From the NCBI RefSeq assembly GCF_001735745.1, contig NZ_CP017260.1:480001-512000 (forward strand): a stretch of 32,000 nucleotides of DNA. The letters run 5' to 3'. The DNA comes from Formosa sp. Hel1_33_131. Lineage in GTDB: Bacteria; Bacteroidota; Bacteroidia; Flavobacteriales; Flavobacteriaceae. The notes under the pieces are model-generated. The model was given only the letters and a program-made list of their open reading frames with translations. It had not been told where the DNA came from and made no database searches. The position numbers were made by a program, and so were the translations under genes. Positions 1-9,660 of this stretch are shown here, in pieces. Each line of letters opens with the position of its first letter. Position 1 is the first letter of the stretch.

Positions 1-244
1 GGTGCCATATTGACTCAACCTAAGCTTAATATAATTTTAATTTTTTGGTCGTATTCATTTTTTGACTACTTTTATGGCGGAATAAGACCTCAAATCTGAT
101 TCTTCAATAACCTATATAAACTAGTAAGTGTTTTATTAGATTGTTCGCGCCTAAGAGGCCTGTAAATAGAGAGGGGCTTTAATAGATTTTGTTTGAAGCA
201 ATTGAAACAGGTTTAAACAAATAAACGATGGACAATGTTAAACA

Positions 245-676
245 ATGAATAAAAAAGAAGCTTTAAAGATTTTAAACGATAATGCTGCTACAGAAAATGA
301 CAGCTATCTTTACTTTATACATGAAGAAGGATGCTTTGACGAATTTTCTTTTTGGGAATTTTACAATGCTATAAAAGTATTAGGACATGAATTTAAAGAT
401 GAAAAAAAACTGTCAAGAGAATTAATGAAAAAAATAATTAAGAGCTATGAATGGTATTTAATTTTAATTGGATTTCATTTTGACCCAAATGACAAAAGTA
501 GAATCGATCATTTACCAGAAAATTATTCTCAATACAGTTTGAGGTTGAGAAATGCAATAACTAGTTTTATAGATGGAAACCCTATCACGAACGAATTAGA
601 GGAAGTTCTTAATAATGATTTAAAAAATAAAACGAAAGTTTTTAAAAAAGTTGATTATAATAAATCAAATATGTAA
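245..676 (+). CDS. hypothetical protein (143 aa), cytoplasmic, no assignable family
   Basis: ATG-initiated ORF with an A-rich leader. No signal peptide or TM segment. Charged, helical-looking sequence. I recognise no catalytic or family motif. Confidence 0.5.
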   Translation: MNKKEALKILNDNAATENDSYLYFIHEEGCFDEFSFWEFYNAIKVLGHEFKDEKKLSRELMKKIIKSYEWYLILIGFHFDPNDKSRIDHLPENYSQYSLRLRNAITSFIDGNPITNELEEVLNNDLKNKTKVFKKVDYNKSNM

Positions 677-766
677 ATTTATAAAAATGTGAATTTCAGT
701 ACATACGAAATCACTAATTTTGCAAACAAGTACCCAATACTAATATTACAAAAAATAAAGAATAGA

Positions 767-1135
767 ATGATATTATTTATAAAAGGAAGGCTTCAAAGTT
801 TTAAATATGCCTTTAGAGGTTTGTTTTTATTATTAAAAACAGAGCACAGCATCATGGCCCAAACCTTCGTTTTTTCGTTAACCATTTTACTGGGTTTTAT
901 CGTTGGCATTTCTAAACAAGATTGGATCAATCAAATCATTGCGATGGGATTGGTTATGAGCATAGAAGGCATGAATACGGCCGTTGAAAAATTAGCCGAT
1001 TTTGTACATAAAGAAAACCACCCTAAAATAGGATTCATAAAAGACATTTCAGCAGGAGCAGTTACTTTTGCTGCACTCACATTCATAGTCATTTTTGCAA
1101 TAACCTATCTCCCCTATATCATAAATCGAACCTAA
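767..1135 (+). CDS. dgkA: diacylglycerol kinase (prokaryotic DgkA family)
   Basis: Small three-TM protein with DgkA-like strings (FKYAFRGL..., SIEGMNTAVEKLADFV, KDISAGAV). The ATG at 767 gives 122 aa, the usual DgkA size. The track's GTG at 689 adds a non-conserved 26-aa extension. Confidence 0.8.
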   Translation: MILFIKGRLQSFKYAFRGLFLLLKTEHSIMAQTFVFSLTILLGFIVGISKQDWINQIIAMGLVMSIEGMNTAVEKLADFVHKENHPKIGFIKDISAGAVTFAALTFIVIFAITYLPYIINRT

Positions 1136-1138
1136 AAA

Positions 1139-3088
1139 ATGAAAAAAAACAGCCGCTTATCTACCTACAAAAACTTTATTTTACAATTCATACTCATTTC
1201 CTTTAGTGTCCGATGTGTGTTTTATGTTTGGTCCTTCTCAGAAATTGATTTTTCCATACTCAATTTTTTTCGAGTTCTGTTCACTGGATTATTTTTTGAC
1301 ATTGGGGTGATTTCGTTTTTTGTAATCCTATACACTCTTTATTTAATACTGTTTCCCAACAAATGGATTGGCAGTCTTGTGGATAAATCATGTACCTATG
1401 TCTTTTATTTTTTAACAACCCTCATACTCACCTTCTCATTTTTTGCAGAACTGACATTTTGGGAAGAATTTCAGAACAGATTTAATTTCATTGCCGTGGA
1501 TTATTTAATCTACACCTATGAAGTCGTGCAAAACATCAATGAATCCTATCCAATCCCCTTACTGTTATTTGTAGTGTTTGTCTTGGTGTTTTTACAATAT
1601 TATATTCTAAAAAAACAGAACGTTTTTAAAAATACATTTTCCTCCAAAAGAACTTCAAAAGACCGAATCTTACTAGTTACTGTCTTAATAATTCCTTTTT
1701 TGTACGGGGCTTATATAGACAATAATGATGCAGAATGGTCAAAGAATCGCTATGAAAATGAAATCTCAAAAGCTGGCATTTACTCCTTCTTTTCAGCTTT
1801 TAAAAACAACGAATTGAATTATACCGACTTCTATAAGACACAGGATTTAGAGCTATCTTTTAGAAAATTAAAAGGAAATTTAAACACCCCAAACGACACC
1901 CTTTTTTCTGAAGATAAACACAGCATCTCAAGAACAGTAAAAGCTTACAATCCAGAAACAAAACCCAATGTAATTTTCATCTGTTTAGAAAGTTTTAATG
2001 CCGATTTCCTCCACCATTTTGGGAACCAAAAAAGTATAACTCCAAACTTAGATGCGTTACAAAAACAGAGTGTGTATTTCGAAAACATGTATGCGACGGG
2101 CACACGCACCGTTCGAGGGATGGAAGCAATTACGCTCTCTGTACCCCCATCGCCAGGGAGAAGCATCGTCAAAAGAAAAAACAATAGAGGTCTGCATAAC
2201 ATCGGAGATGTGTTTAAAGAAAAAGGCTATTCGAGAACATTCTTTTATGGAGGCGATGGCTATTTTGATAATATGAATAACTTCTTTGGATCCAATGGAT
2301 TTGACATTGTCGATCGCGGTCGTGGGTATCTTTTTGGAGAATCATTCACTGCAAAAAGAACCAACATTAAAGATAAAGATATTCAGTTTGAAAATGCTTG
2401 GGGCGTTTGTGATGAAGACATCTATAAACAAGTCATTAAAGAAGCGGACCTAAATTATGCCGCCAACAAACCCTTCTTTAATTTTATCATGACCACCTCA
2501 AATCACCGTCCTTATACCTATCCAGAAAACAAAATAGACATTCCTTCTGGGACTGGAAGAGATGGTGCCGTAAAGTACACCGATTATGCTATTGGTAAGT
2601 TTCTAAACACCATAAAAGACAAGCCTTGGTTTGACACTACTGTCATTGCTATCATGGCAGACCATTGTGCCAACTCTGCTGGGAAATGGGAATTGAATGT
2701 TGGTAAATACCATATTCCTGCACTTATCTACAACCTCCCTAACGCCCCCAAAACGAAGATTGTAAAACAAGCCTCACAAATAGATTTTTTCCCCACATTG
2801 TTTGGCTATTTAGGATGGGAATACACCTCCAATTTTTATGGTAAGGATATTAACACAATAGACATTGCTGACCAAAGAGCGTTCATTGGAAATTATAGAA
2901 AACTTGGGTTATTAAAGGCTGATAAATTATCTATTTTAGGCGACCAAAATAAATCATACTTCTATAAATACGATCAACAAACAAACAGCTTGGAACCTGA
3001 AACTGAAAGCGCAATGGCATTAGAAGAAATCATTTCCTACTATCAAACAAACGATTATCGGTATCAGAATGGACTGATGAAAAAATAG
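1139..3088 (+). CDS. LTA synthase / phosphoglycerol transferase (MdoB-OpgB-like) family membrane protein, alkaline-phosphatase superfamily
   Basis: About 5 N-terminal TM helices plus a C-terminal sulfatase-fold domain. It carries an LtaS-type metal/nucleophile signature: FICLESFN (Glu), YATGTRTVRGMEA (Thr) and IMADHC (Asp-His). I see no C/S-x-P-x-R formylglycine motif. The ATG lies 3 nt after the dgkA stop. Confidence 0.8.
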   Translation: MKKNSRLSTYKNFILQFILISFSVRCVFYVWSFSEIDFSILNFFRVLFTGLFFDIGVISFFVILYTLYLILFPNKWIGSLVDKSCTYVFYFLTTLILTFSFFAELTFWEEFQNRFNFIAVDYLIYTYEVVQNINESYPIPLLLFVVFVLVFLQYYILKKQNVFKNTFSSKRTSKDRILLVTVLIIPFLYGAYIDNNDAEWSKNRYENEISKAGIYSFFSAFKNNELNYTDFYKTQDLELSFRKLKGNLNTPNDTLFSEDKHSISRTVKAYNPETKPNVIFICLESFNADFLHHFGNQKSITPNLDALQKQSVYFENMYATGTRTVRGMEAITLSVPPSPGRSIVKRKNNRGLHNIGDVFKEKGYSRTFFYGGDGYFDNMNNFFGSNGFDIVDRGRGYLFGESFTAKRTNIKDKDIQFENAWGVCDEDIYKQVIKEADLNYAANKPFFNFIMTTSNHRPYTYPENKIDIPSGTGRDGAVKYTDYAIGKFLNTIKDKPWFDTTVIAIMADHCANSAGKWELNVGKYHIPALIYNLPNAPKTKIVKQASQIDFFPTLFGYLGWEYTSNFYGKDINTIDIADQRAFIGNYRKLGLLKADKLSILGDQNKSYFYKYDQQTNSLEPETESAMALEEIISYYQTNDYRYQNGLMKK

Positions 3089-3121
3089 AAAAACTGAAGT
3101 AAACACATAAATACCCCGACT

Positions 3122-3751
3122 ATGAAATTCAATTTTAATAACGATTATTATCTAGAAAATGATTTTGTAATTCTAGAACCCTTAAAAGAAAATCATTTTA
3201 ATGAGTTGCTAAAATTCTCACTCAACGAACCTGAACTATGGACTTACTCTTTAATAAAGGCTGACTCCGAAAAAAATTTAAAAAACTATTTAAAACTCGC
3301 TTTAAAAGGGAAAGAAAATCAAAAAGAATATCCGTTTATTGTCTATGACAAAATAAACAAATGCTACGCTGGTAGTACTCGCTTTTATGATATTCAACTT
3401 GAAAATTCAAGCTTACAAATTGGATATACTTGGGTTGGAAAACAATTCCAAAGAACCGGACTCAATAGACATTGTAAGTTTCTTTTATTAGAATTTGCAT
3501 TTAAAATTCTAGAAACAGAAAGGGTTGAGTTTAGAGCGGATAATGAGAATATAAAAAGTATTGATGCTATGAAAAACATAGGCTGCACAACCGAGGGCGT
3601 CTTACGAAGCAACTGCCCTAAGACCGATGACACAAGAAGAGACAGCATTGTTTTAAGTATTTTAAAGAACGAATGGAAACGCAAAATTAGGAGTGACCTA
3701 AAACAAAAATGTCAGCCATTAGCAGCGTTTATGGAAACAAGCAATTATTAA
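3122..3751 (+). CDS. GNAT family N-acetyltransferase (RimJ/RimL-like)
   Basis: 209 aa. Acetyl-CoA binding-type segment GYTWVGKQFQRTGLNRHCKFLLLEFAF and downstream RVEFRADNENIKSIDAMKNIGCTTEGVLR, typical of the RimJ/L-like GNAT subgroup. Confidence 0.8.
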   Translation: MKFNFNNDYYLENDFVILEPLKENHFNELLKFSLNEPELWTYSLIKADSEKNLKNYLKLALKGKENQKEYPFIVYDKINKCYAGSTRFYDIQLENSSLQIGYTWVGKQFQRTGLNRHCKFLLLEFAFKILETERVEFRADNENIKSIDAMKNIGCTTEGVLRSNCPKTDDTRRDSIVLSILKNEWKRKIRSDLKQKCQPLAAFMETSNY

Positions 3752-3762
3752 AACTAAACACA

Positions 3763-3939
3763 ATGACAAATATAAAAGACGACAAGAGTAGTTGGGCGAT
3801 CGGAGGCGGTCTCATTATTGGGATTGGAGTGGGATTCTTTTTCTTAGATACATCGCCACTCGCCTTTGTTGGATCGATACTAATTGGATTGGGAATTGGA
3901 CTTTTAATTACATCAATTCTTTCAGTTAGAAAAAAGTAA
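3763..3939 (+). CDS. small membrane protein (58 aa, two glycine-rich TM helices)
   Basis: The ATG at 3763 avoids overlap with the GNAT gene (the track start at 3709 overlaps it). Sequence: MTNIKDDKSSWAIGGGLIIGIGVGFFFLD...ILIGLGIGLLITSILSVRKK. No family assigned. Confidence 0.4.
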   Translation: MTNIKDDKSSWAIGGGLIIGIGVGFFFLDTSPLAFVGSILIGLGIGLLITSILSVRKK

Positions 3940-4019
3940 ATAAAATTAATGAAAGTAATATTTGAAAAAATCATACGTTTAGAAGGAAGCTAACTTGTAA
4001 TATATAATACCTCACACCC

Positions 4020-7000
4020 ATGAAAAAAATAGGAGAATTTTTGAAATCTAAACCTTCAAAAATCACAGGAATTTCAATAGGGATTTTAATACTAATCATT
4101 GGTGTGAATTTTATATTAAAATCTTGTGGGTCAAATGAAAAAAAAATAAATTTTACTGTTTCAGTTCCAGCCGCCCCAAACCTTGAAAAACAAGAGAATG
4201 TTCCTCCATTATATATAAAATTCAACGGATCGGTATCAAAAATTGAAGATGTTCAAAAAGAGATCGCAACAGGTCTCTTAATTCAACCCAAAATAAAAGG
4301 TATTTGGAGCTGGTCTGCTGACAACGAAATCAGCTTTCACCCCGTAGAACAATGGGCTCCGGGTACAGAATATGAGATTGAAATGGATCGGGAATTATTC
4401 TCTAAACATATCAAATTAGAAACCTATAATGCAGTGTTTGAAACAAGTCCATTCACTCTTTGGATTGCTTCCAGTCAATTCCATATTGATGTTCTTGACG
4501 AAAACATCAAGCAAGTCATTGCAACAGTAAATTTCTCACACCCTATTGATCCGAACGAGTTTGAAAGCCGCGTTTCACTAAAGCCCTATAAACTCGATAC
4601 CGAAATTCAAACGTTTAAAAACAAAGACTATAAATTCAGTATCACATACGATGATTTTTATAGTACAGCATATGTCTTATCTGAGCCGTTGCCTATTCCT
4701 GAAGATGATGTCCAGATGGAACTAACGATCGAAAAAGGGACGAAAAGTTCATGGAAGGGCAATCGTAAATTATCTGAAGTATCCACCAAAGTTATCATTC
4801 CAGGGATGCTGAATTTTGTTCGTATTGAATCGATACAACAAACCATTGTAAAAAACAAGGAATATGAGTCTGAACAGTTTTTAGTCATCGACACAAAAGG
4901 TAAGATAAGAGCCTCGGATTTACTCAAAAACGCCGAACTCCTTGTGTTACCCATGGACTTGCCTGCTTTGCCTGGACAAGAAAGAATAGAGAATCATCAT
5001 TGGTATGATGTAAAAAAAATAGGCCCCGAAGTTAGAAAATTAAGTATCTCAGTTCAGCTGACTGCCATGGAATCTGAACACGAATTTGAGAATATTAATA
5101 GTTTTAAAATGAATGTCCCGCCATTGCGATACGTCTATTTGAAAATAAAAAAAGGAACTCCTTTTTATGGTAAATATTTTTTATCAAAAGATTATGAGGT
5201 CATATTCAGAGTAAGACCTTTCCAAGAAGAACTTGAAATCATGCATGATGGCATCATTCTTTCTTCAACTGGAGAAAAAAAGATTTCGATAATGTCTCAA
5301 GGCATAAAACACGTGCGTTTTCAAATAGGGAGAGTCCTTCCAGACCAAATAAATCATCTGATCACACAATCTAACGGAAACCTTACCAATCTCAATTTTA
5401 GAAACTGGTTGTTTTCAGAAGATAATATTGTAGAAAATCATATCGAATACAAAAACCTAGAAACACTAGATCCAGGTGAATCCAACTTTTTTTCCTTCGA
5501 TTTTACAAAATATCTAAAAAAGGGGACTACAGGAAAATCCAGAAATGGGGTATTCTTCTTTAAAGCAATGTCCGAAAAGACCTATACAAATCAAGAAGGA
5601 AGTGTAACCGATAAGCGTCTTATTATCGTTAGTGATTTAGGCATTTTAGTCAAAGAGAGTGCCAACCAGCACCGTGATTTGTTTATACAATCTATTAAAA
5701 CAGGGCTGCCCGTAGCCAATGCAAAAGTGCAAGTTTTGGGTAAAAATGGAATCCCAATCTTGTCATCCTATTCAGATACAAGTGGACATGTGGCTTTTCC
5801 TTCTTTGGATAGTTTTAAAGACGAAAAGCAACCCACAGCATTTGTTGTAACCAAAGGTGAGGATTTATCCTTTTTACCTGTAGAAGCCTCTGGGCGCTGG
5901 TTAAATTATTCAAAATTTGATATAGGAGGTGTCTATGGATCATCTGACCCCGCTAAATTGAACGCCTATTTATTTTCTGAACGTGGCATCTACCGACCTG
6001 GGGATGAATTTAATATTGCTATGATTACTAAATCGGGTGATTGGAGAAGTAACTTGGAGGGTGCACCTGTGGAGGCTAGTATTATTGATCCTAGAGGATT
6101 AGAGATTTATAAAAAACGGTTTAAATTAAACAATAGTGGATTTGAAGAAATTAAATACATTACAGAAAACTCATCGCCCACAGGAACCTACCAAATTAAT
6201 CTTTATACTGTTAAGAATAAGCGGAGGTATCGCAGTATTGGATCTACGACGGTTTCAGTAGAAGAATTCCTTCCAGACCGATTGAGTATTTCGACCGTAT
6301 TTCCGGGGATTGGTGATAAAGCTTGGGTGTCTCCAGAATGGATCAAAGGTCAAGTAAGCCTTCGGAATCTTTTTGGCTCGCCAGCAAGTGGAAATAAAGT
6401 TTCCTCTCGAATCACATTTTCACCGGGCAGAATGCGATTTCCCAAATTTCGAAATTATCGATTTTATGACCCTCTATCATCACGAGTGTCCTATTCTGAA
6501 AATCTTCCTGAACAGTTGACCGACGCAGATGGTAAGGCCGTATTTGATTTAAAACTAGACCGATTTGATGCATCAACTTATAATTTAACGTTTATAGCCG
6601 ATGGCTTTGAGAAAGAAGGTGGTAGAAGTGTCACCTCAGTATCCAATGTTTTAGTCTCACCATTAGAATATTTGATAGGAACTAAAACAAATGGAGACTT
6701 GTCTTATATCTATAAAGACTCCGAACGTGCGGTCCAAGTAATTGCTGTTAATTCAAGTTTAAAAAAGACAACCGTATCAGATTTACAGTTTATAGTGAAT
6801 CGAATCGATCAAATATCCGTACTGACAAAAAAACCGAACGGGATTTACGCTTATAAATCTGTATCTAAAAAAATTCCATTATCCGACGTTCAAAAAAACC
6901 TTCCTACCTCCGGACTCAATTTTAACCTCCCAACGAGCGAGCCAGGAAAATATGAACTCATAATTAAAAATAAAGAAGGGGTTCAATTTTCACATCTTAA

Positions 7001-9653
7001 TTTTTCTGTAGTAGGCATGGGGAATCTTTCACGTTCCTTGGATAAAACTGCCGAGTTGGAAATCAAACTAAACAAAACAGATTTCGATTCCGGAGAAGAA
7101 ATTGAAATCTATGTAAAAGCGCCTTATAAAGGTGCTGGAATTATTACGATTGAAAAAGATAAAGTCTATGCATCGAAATGGTTTGTGAGTGAAACAAACT
7201 CATTTCTTACAAAAATCAAAATTCCTAAAGAACTAGAAGGTAATGGCTATATAAACGTTTCATTTGTTCGGGCAGCCGATTCAAAGAATATTTATATCAC
7301 GCCCCTAAGTTATGGTATTGCACCCTTTGAGATTAGCAAGAAAAAACGAATAAATCCCATTACTTTAGACATTCCTTCAAAGGCAAAATCTGGAGAGGTG
7401 TTTCGTATTAAATATAAAACTGAAAAGCCTACTAAAATTGTTGTTTTTGCGGTGGATGAAGGAATTTTACAAGTGGCTAAATATAAAACTCCCGATCCCT
7501 TAGCGCATTTCTTTAAAAAGAATGCATTGGAAGTAAAAACATCTCAATTACTCGATTTGATACTTCCTGAGTATTCCCTCTCGCAACGGGTGTCCGCTAT
7601 GGGAGGAGGTTCTGGTTTTGACGATATTGGAAAAAACTTGAACCCTTTCAAAAGAAAACAACACAAACCCGTAGTCTATTGGTCTGGCATTGTGTCTTCC
7701 GATCAAAATGAACGCAGCTTAGAATACACCGTCCCTGATTATTTTAATGGCACCTTACGTGTAATGGCCGTTGCCGTTTCTGCCAATGCAATTGGAACAG
7801 CAGAAGAAAAAGCAATTGTTAAAAACCCATTTGTAATCAGTCCAAATGTTCCTGTATTTGCAACCCCAGGAGATGCGTTTCAGGTCACGGTGACGGTCAC
7901 CAATACTGTGTCAGAATCGGGAGAAAATTTACCTATAAATTTAGCGGTTTTAGCCTCTCCACATCTTAAGGTTGAACCTGCCAATATGAATCTTAAAATA
8001 AGTCAAAATCAAGACACTACTGTAACCTTTAAGGTTCATGTAAACAAACTGCTTGGCGCAGCCTCTTTAACATTCAAAGCCACATCAAAAAAATCAGAAA
8101 CAAAACTTGCGTCCTATTTAAGTGTGAGGCCTGCGATTTCGTACCAAACAACCGTAAAAACGGGAACGGTTCGCAATGAGAAAATCGAAGTTGAGACTCC
8201 AAGGAAAATGTATGAAGATTACCGAATTTTAAATACCTCGGTTTCGTTCTTACCACAAGGACTTTCAAAAGGCTTGATCCAATACCTTGATAAATTCCCT
8301 TACGGGTGTACTGAGCAAATAGTGAGTCAAGGGTTCCCCTATTTATTACTAAAAGATGCTACAGGATTTGAGATTGACGAAGATGAACTCCTCAATAAAA
8401 TAAGCTATACCCTAAAGATTTTACAAGCACGACAAAATGGAGAAGGTAAATTTGGAATATGGGCGGCAAATTCTCATACTTCTGATTTTATAACCGTCTA
8501 TGCAGCACACTTTATTACGCAATGTAAACAGTCGGGATATAATGTGTCTGATAATTTATACAATAGAACACTAGAGGCCTTAAGAAGGATCGCAAAACGA
8601 AGTGATTTATCCAGTGCACATGAGTTCCGTGTTCAAGCCTATGCGATCTATATACTAACTTTAAACGAGATTATTACCACCAATTATATTACATCACTTA
8701 GAAACAAGCTTGAGGTTAAATTTGAAGATTGGAAACAGGATTTGACCGCAGGATATATCGCTGGTGCCTATTTTTTAATGCAACAGGAAAAACAAGGAAA
8801 ACGTTTGTTAAATAAGGTTGTAAAAGCAAACTTCAAAAAACAAAACCATTCTTGGAATTTCTATGATAACTTGATGCATAATGCTCAATTATTGTATCTA
8901 TTAGCTTCGCACCAAACCGATGCATTGGAAAATGTTTCAGAAAGTATCATTCAAGAAATGGTGAAAGATCTCGAAAGTGGCAACTATAATACACTAAATT
9001 CATCCTATAGTATTATGGCACTTAATGCCTTTTCAAAAGCAACGAAAGAACCCGCTGTTGGCAACATCAGCATCTATGAAATTTCTGGTAATGAACAAGA
9101 AAAAGTACTCCTTCTTCCTACGGGAAAATTCCCTGTGAACAAATTTTCGGATAAAACCGAGAAATTAGTATTTGATGTAGAGGAAGATCGAACCGCCTAT
9201 TATCAGGTCATTCAAGCGGGCTATGAATTAGAAGCACCTAAAACGAGTGCCAGCAATTCTATTGAAGTGTCCCGTACATTTACAGATTTAAAAGGAAATA
9301 TCATCCAAAAAGCAGCACTGGGAGAAGAAATTGAAGTACATCTAAAATTTAGAAGTTTGAACGACAAAAGGTTGTCTGACATTGCTTTTGTTGATTTATT
9401 ACCCGCAGGATTAGAAGTAAGCAGCACTTTAGTTCGGAATAACAACAGTGGTACGTGGACTCCAGACTATGTAGATGTAAGAGAGGATAGAGTTATATTC
9501 TATGGTAACGTAAACCCAAATATTCAAGAGTTTGTTTATAAAGTTAGAGCCATCAACAAAGGAACTTTTATCACGCCCCCATTTTATGGAGAATCTATGT
9601 ATGACCTCTCCATTTTCGGATATGCACCAAATGAAAATTTTGTAGTTGAATAA
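4020..9653 (+). CDS. bacterial alpha-2-macroglobulin family protein (YfhM/ECAM-like), membrane-anchored, thioester-containing
   Basis: 1877 aa. N-terminal hydrophobic anchor with a possible lipobox (ILKSC, Cys36). Long array of MG-type beta-sandwich regions. Thioester motif GCTEQ at nt 8307-8318 (residue ~1430), followed by an alpha-helical TED-like region. pbpC lies immediately downstream. Confidence 0.9.
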   Translation: MKKIGEFLKSKPSKITGISIGILILIIGVNFILKSCGSNEKKINFTVSVPAAPNLEKQENVPPLYIKFNGSVSKIEDVQKEIATGLLIQPKIKGIWSWSADNEISFHPVEQWAPGTEYEIEMDRELFSKHIKLETYNAVFETSPFTLWIASSQFHIDVLDENIKQVIATVNFSHPIDPNEFESRVSLKPYKLDTEIQTFKNKDYKFSITYDDFYSTAYVLSEPLPIPEDDVQMELTIEKGTKSSWKGNRKLSEVSTKVIIPGMLNFVRIESIQQTIVKNKEYESEQFLVIDTKGKIRASDLLKNAELLVLPMDLPALPGQERIENHHWYDVKKIGPEVRKLSISVQLTAMESEHEFENINSFKMNVPPLRYVYLKIKKGTPFYGKYFLSKDYEVIFRVRPFQEELEIMHDGIILSSTGEKKISIMSQGIKHVRFQIGRVLPDQINHLITQSNGNLTNLNFRNWLFSEDNIVENHIEYKNLETLDPGESNFFSFDFTKYLKKGTTGKSRNGVFFFKAMSEKTYTNQEGSVTDKRLIIVSDLGILVKESANQHRDLFIQSIKTGLPVANAKVQVLGKNGIPILSSYSDTSGHVAFPSLDSFKDEKQPTAFVVTKGEDLSFLPVEASGRWLNYSKFDIGGVYGSSDPAKLNAYLFSERGIYRPGDEFNIAMITKSGDWRSNLEGAPVEASIIDPRGLEIYKKRFKLNNSGFEEIKYITENSSPTGTYQINLYTVKNKRRYRSIGSTTVSVEEFLPDRLSISTVFPGIGDKAWVSPEWIKGQVSLRNLFGSPASGNKVSSRITFSPGRMRFPKFRNYRFYDPLSSRVSYSENLPEQLTDADGKAVFDLKLDRFDASTYNLTFIADGFEKEGGRSVTSVSNVLVSPLEYLIGTKTNGDLSYIYKDSERAVQVIAVNSSLKKTTVSDLQFIVNRIDQISVLTKKPNGIYAYKSVSKKIPLSDVQKNLPTSGLNFNLPTSEPGKYELIIKNKEGVQFSHLNFSVVGMGNLSRSLDKTAELEIKLNKTDFDSGEEIEIYVKAPYKGAGIITIEKDKVYASKWFVSETNSFLTKIKIPKELEGNGYINVSFVRAADSKNIYITPLSYGIAPFEISKKKRINPITLDIPSKAKSGEVFRIKYKTEKPTKIVVFAVDEGILQVAKYKTPDPLAHFFKKNALEVKTSQLLDLILPEYSLSQRVSAMGGGSGFDDIGKNLNPFKRKQHKPVVYWSGIVSSDQNERSLEYTVPDYFNGTLRVMAVAVSANAIGTAEEKAIVKNPFVISPNVPVFATPGDAFQVTVTVTNTVSESGENLPINLAVLASPHLKVEPANMNLKISQNQDTTVTFKVHVNKLLGAASLTFKATSKKSETKLASYLSVRPAISYQTTVKTGTVRNEKIEVETPRKMYEDYRILNTSVSFLPQGLSKGLIQYLDKFPYGCTEQIVSQGFPYLLLKDATGFEIDEDELLNKISYTLKILQARQNGEGKFGIWAANSHTSDFITVYAAHFITQCKQSGYNVSDNLYNRTLEALRRIAKRSDLSSAHEFRVQAYAIYILTLNEIITTNYITSLRNKLEVKFEDWKQDLTAGYIAGAYFLMQQEKQGKRLLNKVVKANFKKQNHSWNFYDNLMHNAQLLYLLASHQTDALENVSESIIQEMVKDLESGNYNTLNSSYSIMALNAFSKATKEPAVGNISIYEISGNEQEKVLLLPTGKFPVNKFSDKTEKLVFDVEEDRTAYYQVIQAGYELEAPKTSASNSIEVSRTFTDLKGNIIQKAALGEEIEVHLKFRSLNDKRLSDIAFVDLLPAGLEVSSTLVRNNNSGTWTPDYVDVREDRVIFYGNVNPNIQEFVYKVRAINKGTFITPPFYGESMYDLSIFGYAPNENFVVE

Positions 9654-9660
9654 TTTTCTG

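Noticed and set aside
1-99. Frame open from the window edge to TGA at 97-99 (…GAILTQPKLNIILIFWSYSFFDYFYGGIRPQI*), possibly the C-terminus of an upstream gene.
   Set aside because: Only 32 codons are visible and there is no recognisable motif. It cannot be distinguished from chance in AT-rich DNA.
245-676. Idea that the 143-aa cytoplasmic protein at the left edge is an orphan polymorphic-toxin immunity protein.
   Set aside because: The idea rests only on size and a helical, charged character. There is no adjacent toxin gene or recognisable immunity-family motif, and the upstream 244 nt are non-coding. It is kept as a plain hypothetical.
689-766. Alternative upstream starts from the ORF track: GTG 689 for dgkA, ATG 3709 for the small membrane protein and TTG 9646 for pbpC.
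   Set aside because: The upstream extensions are non-conserved-looking, overlap the preceding gene (3709, 9646) or make DgkA longer than the family norm. The internal ATGs at 767, 3763 and 9661 give standard lengths. Start choice is still unverified.
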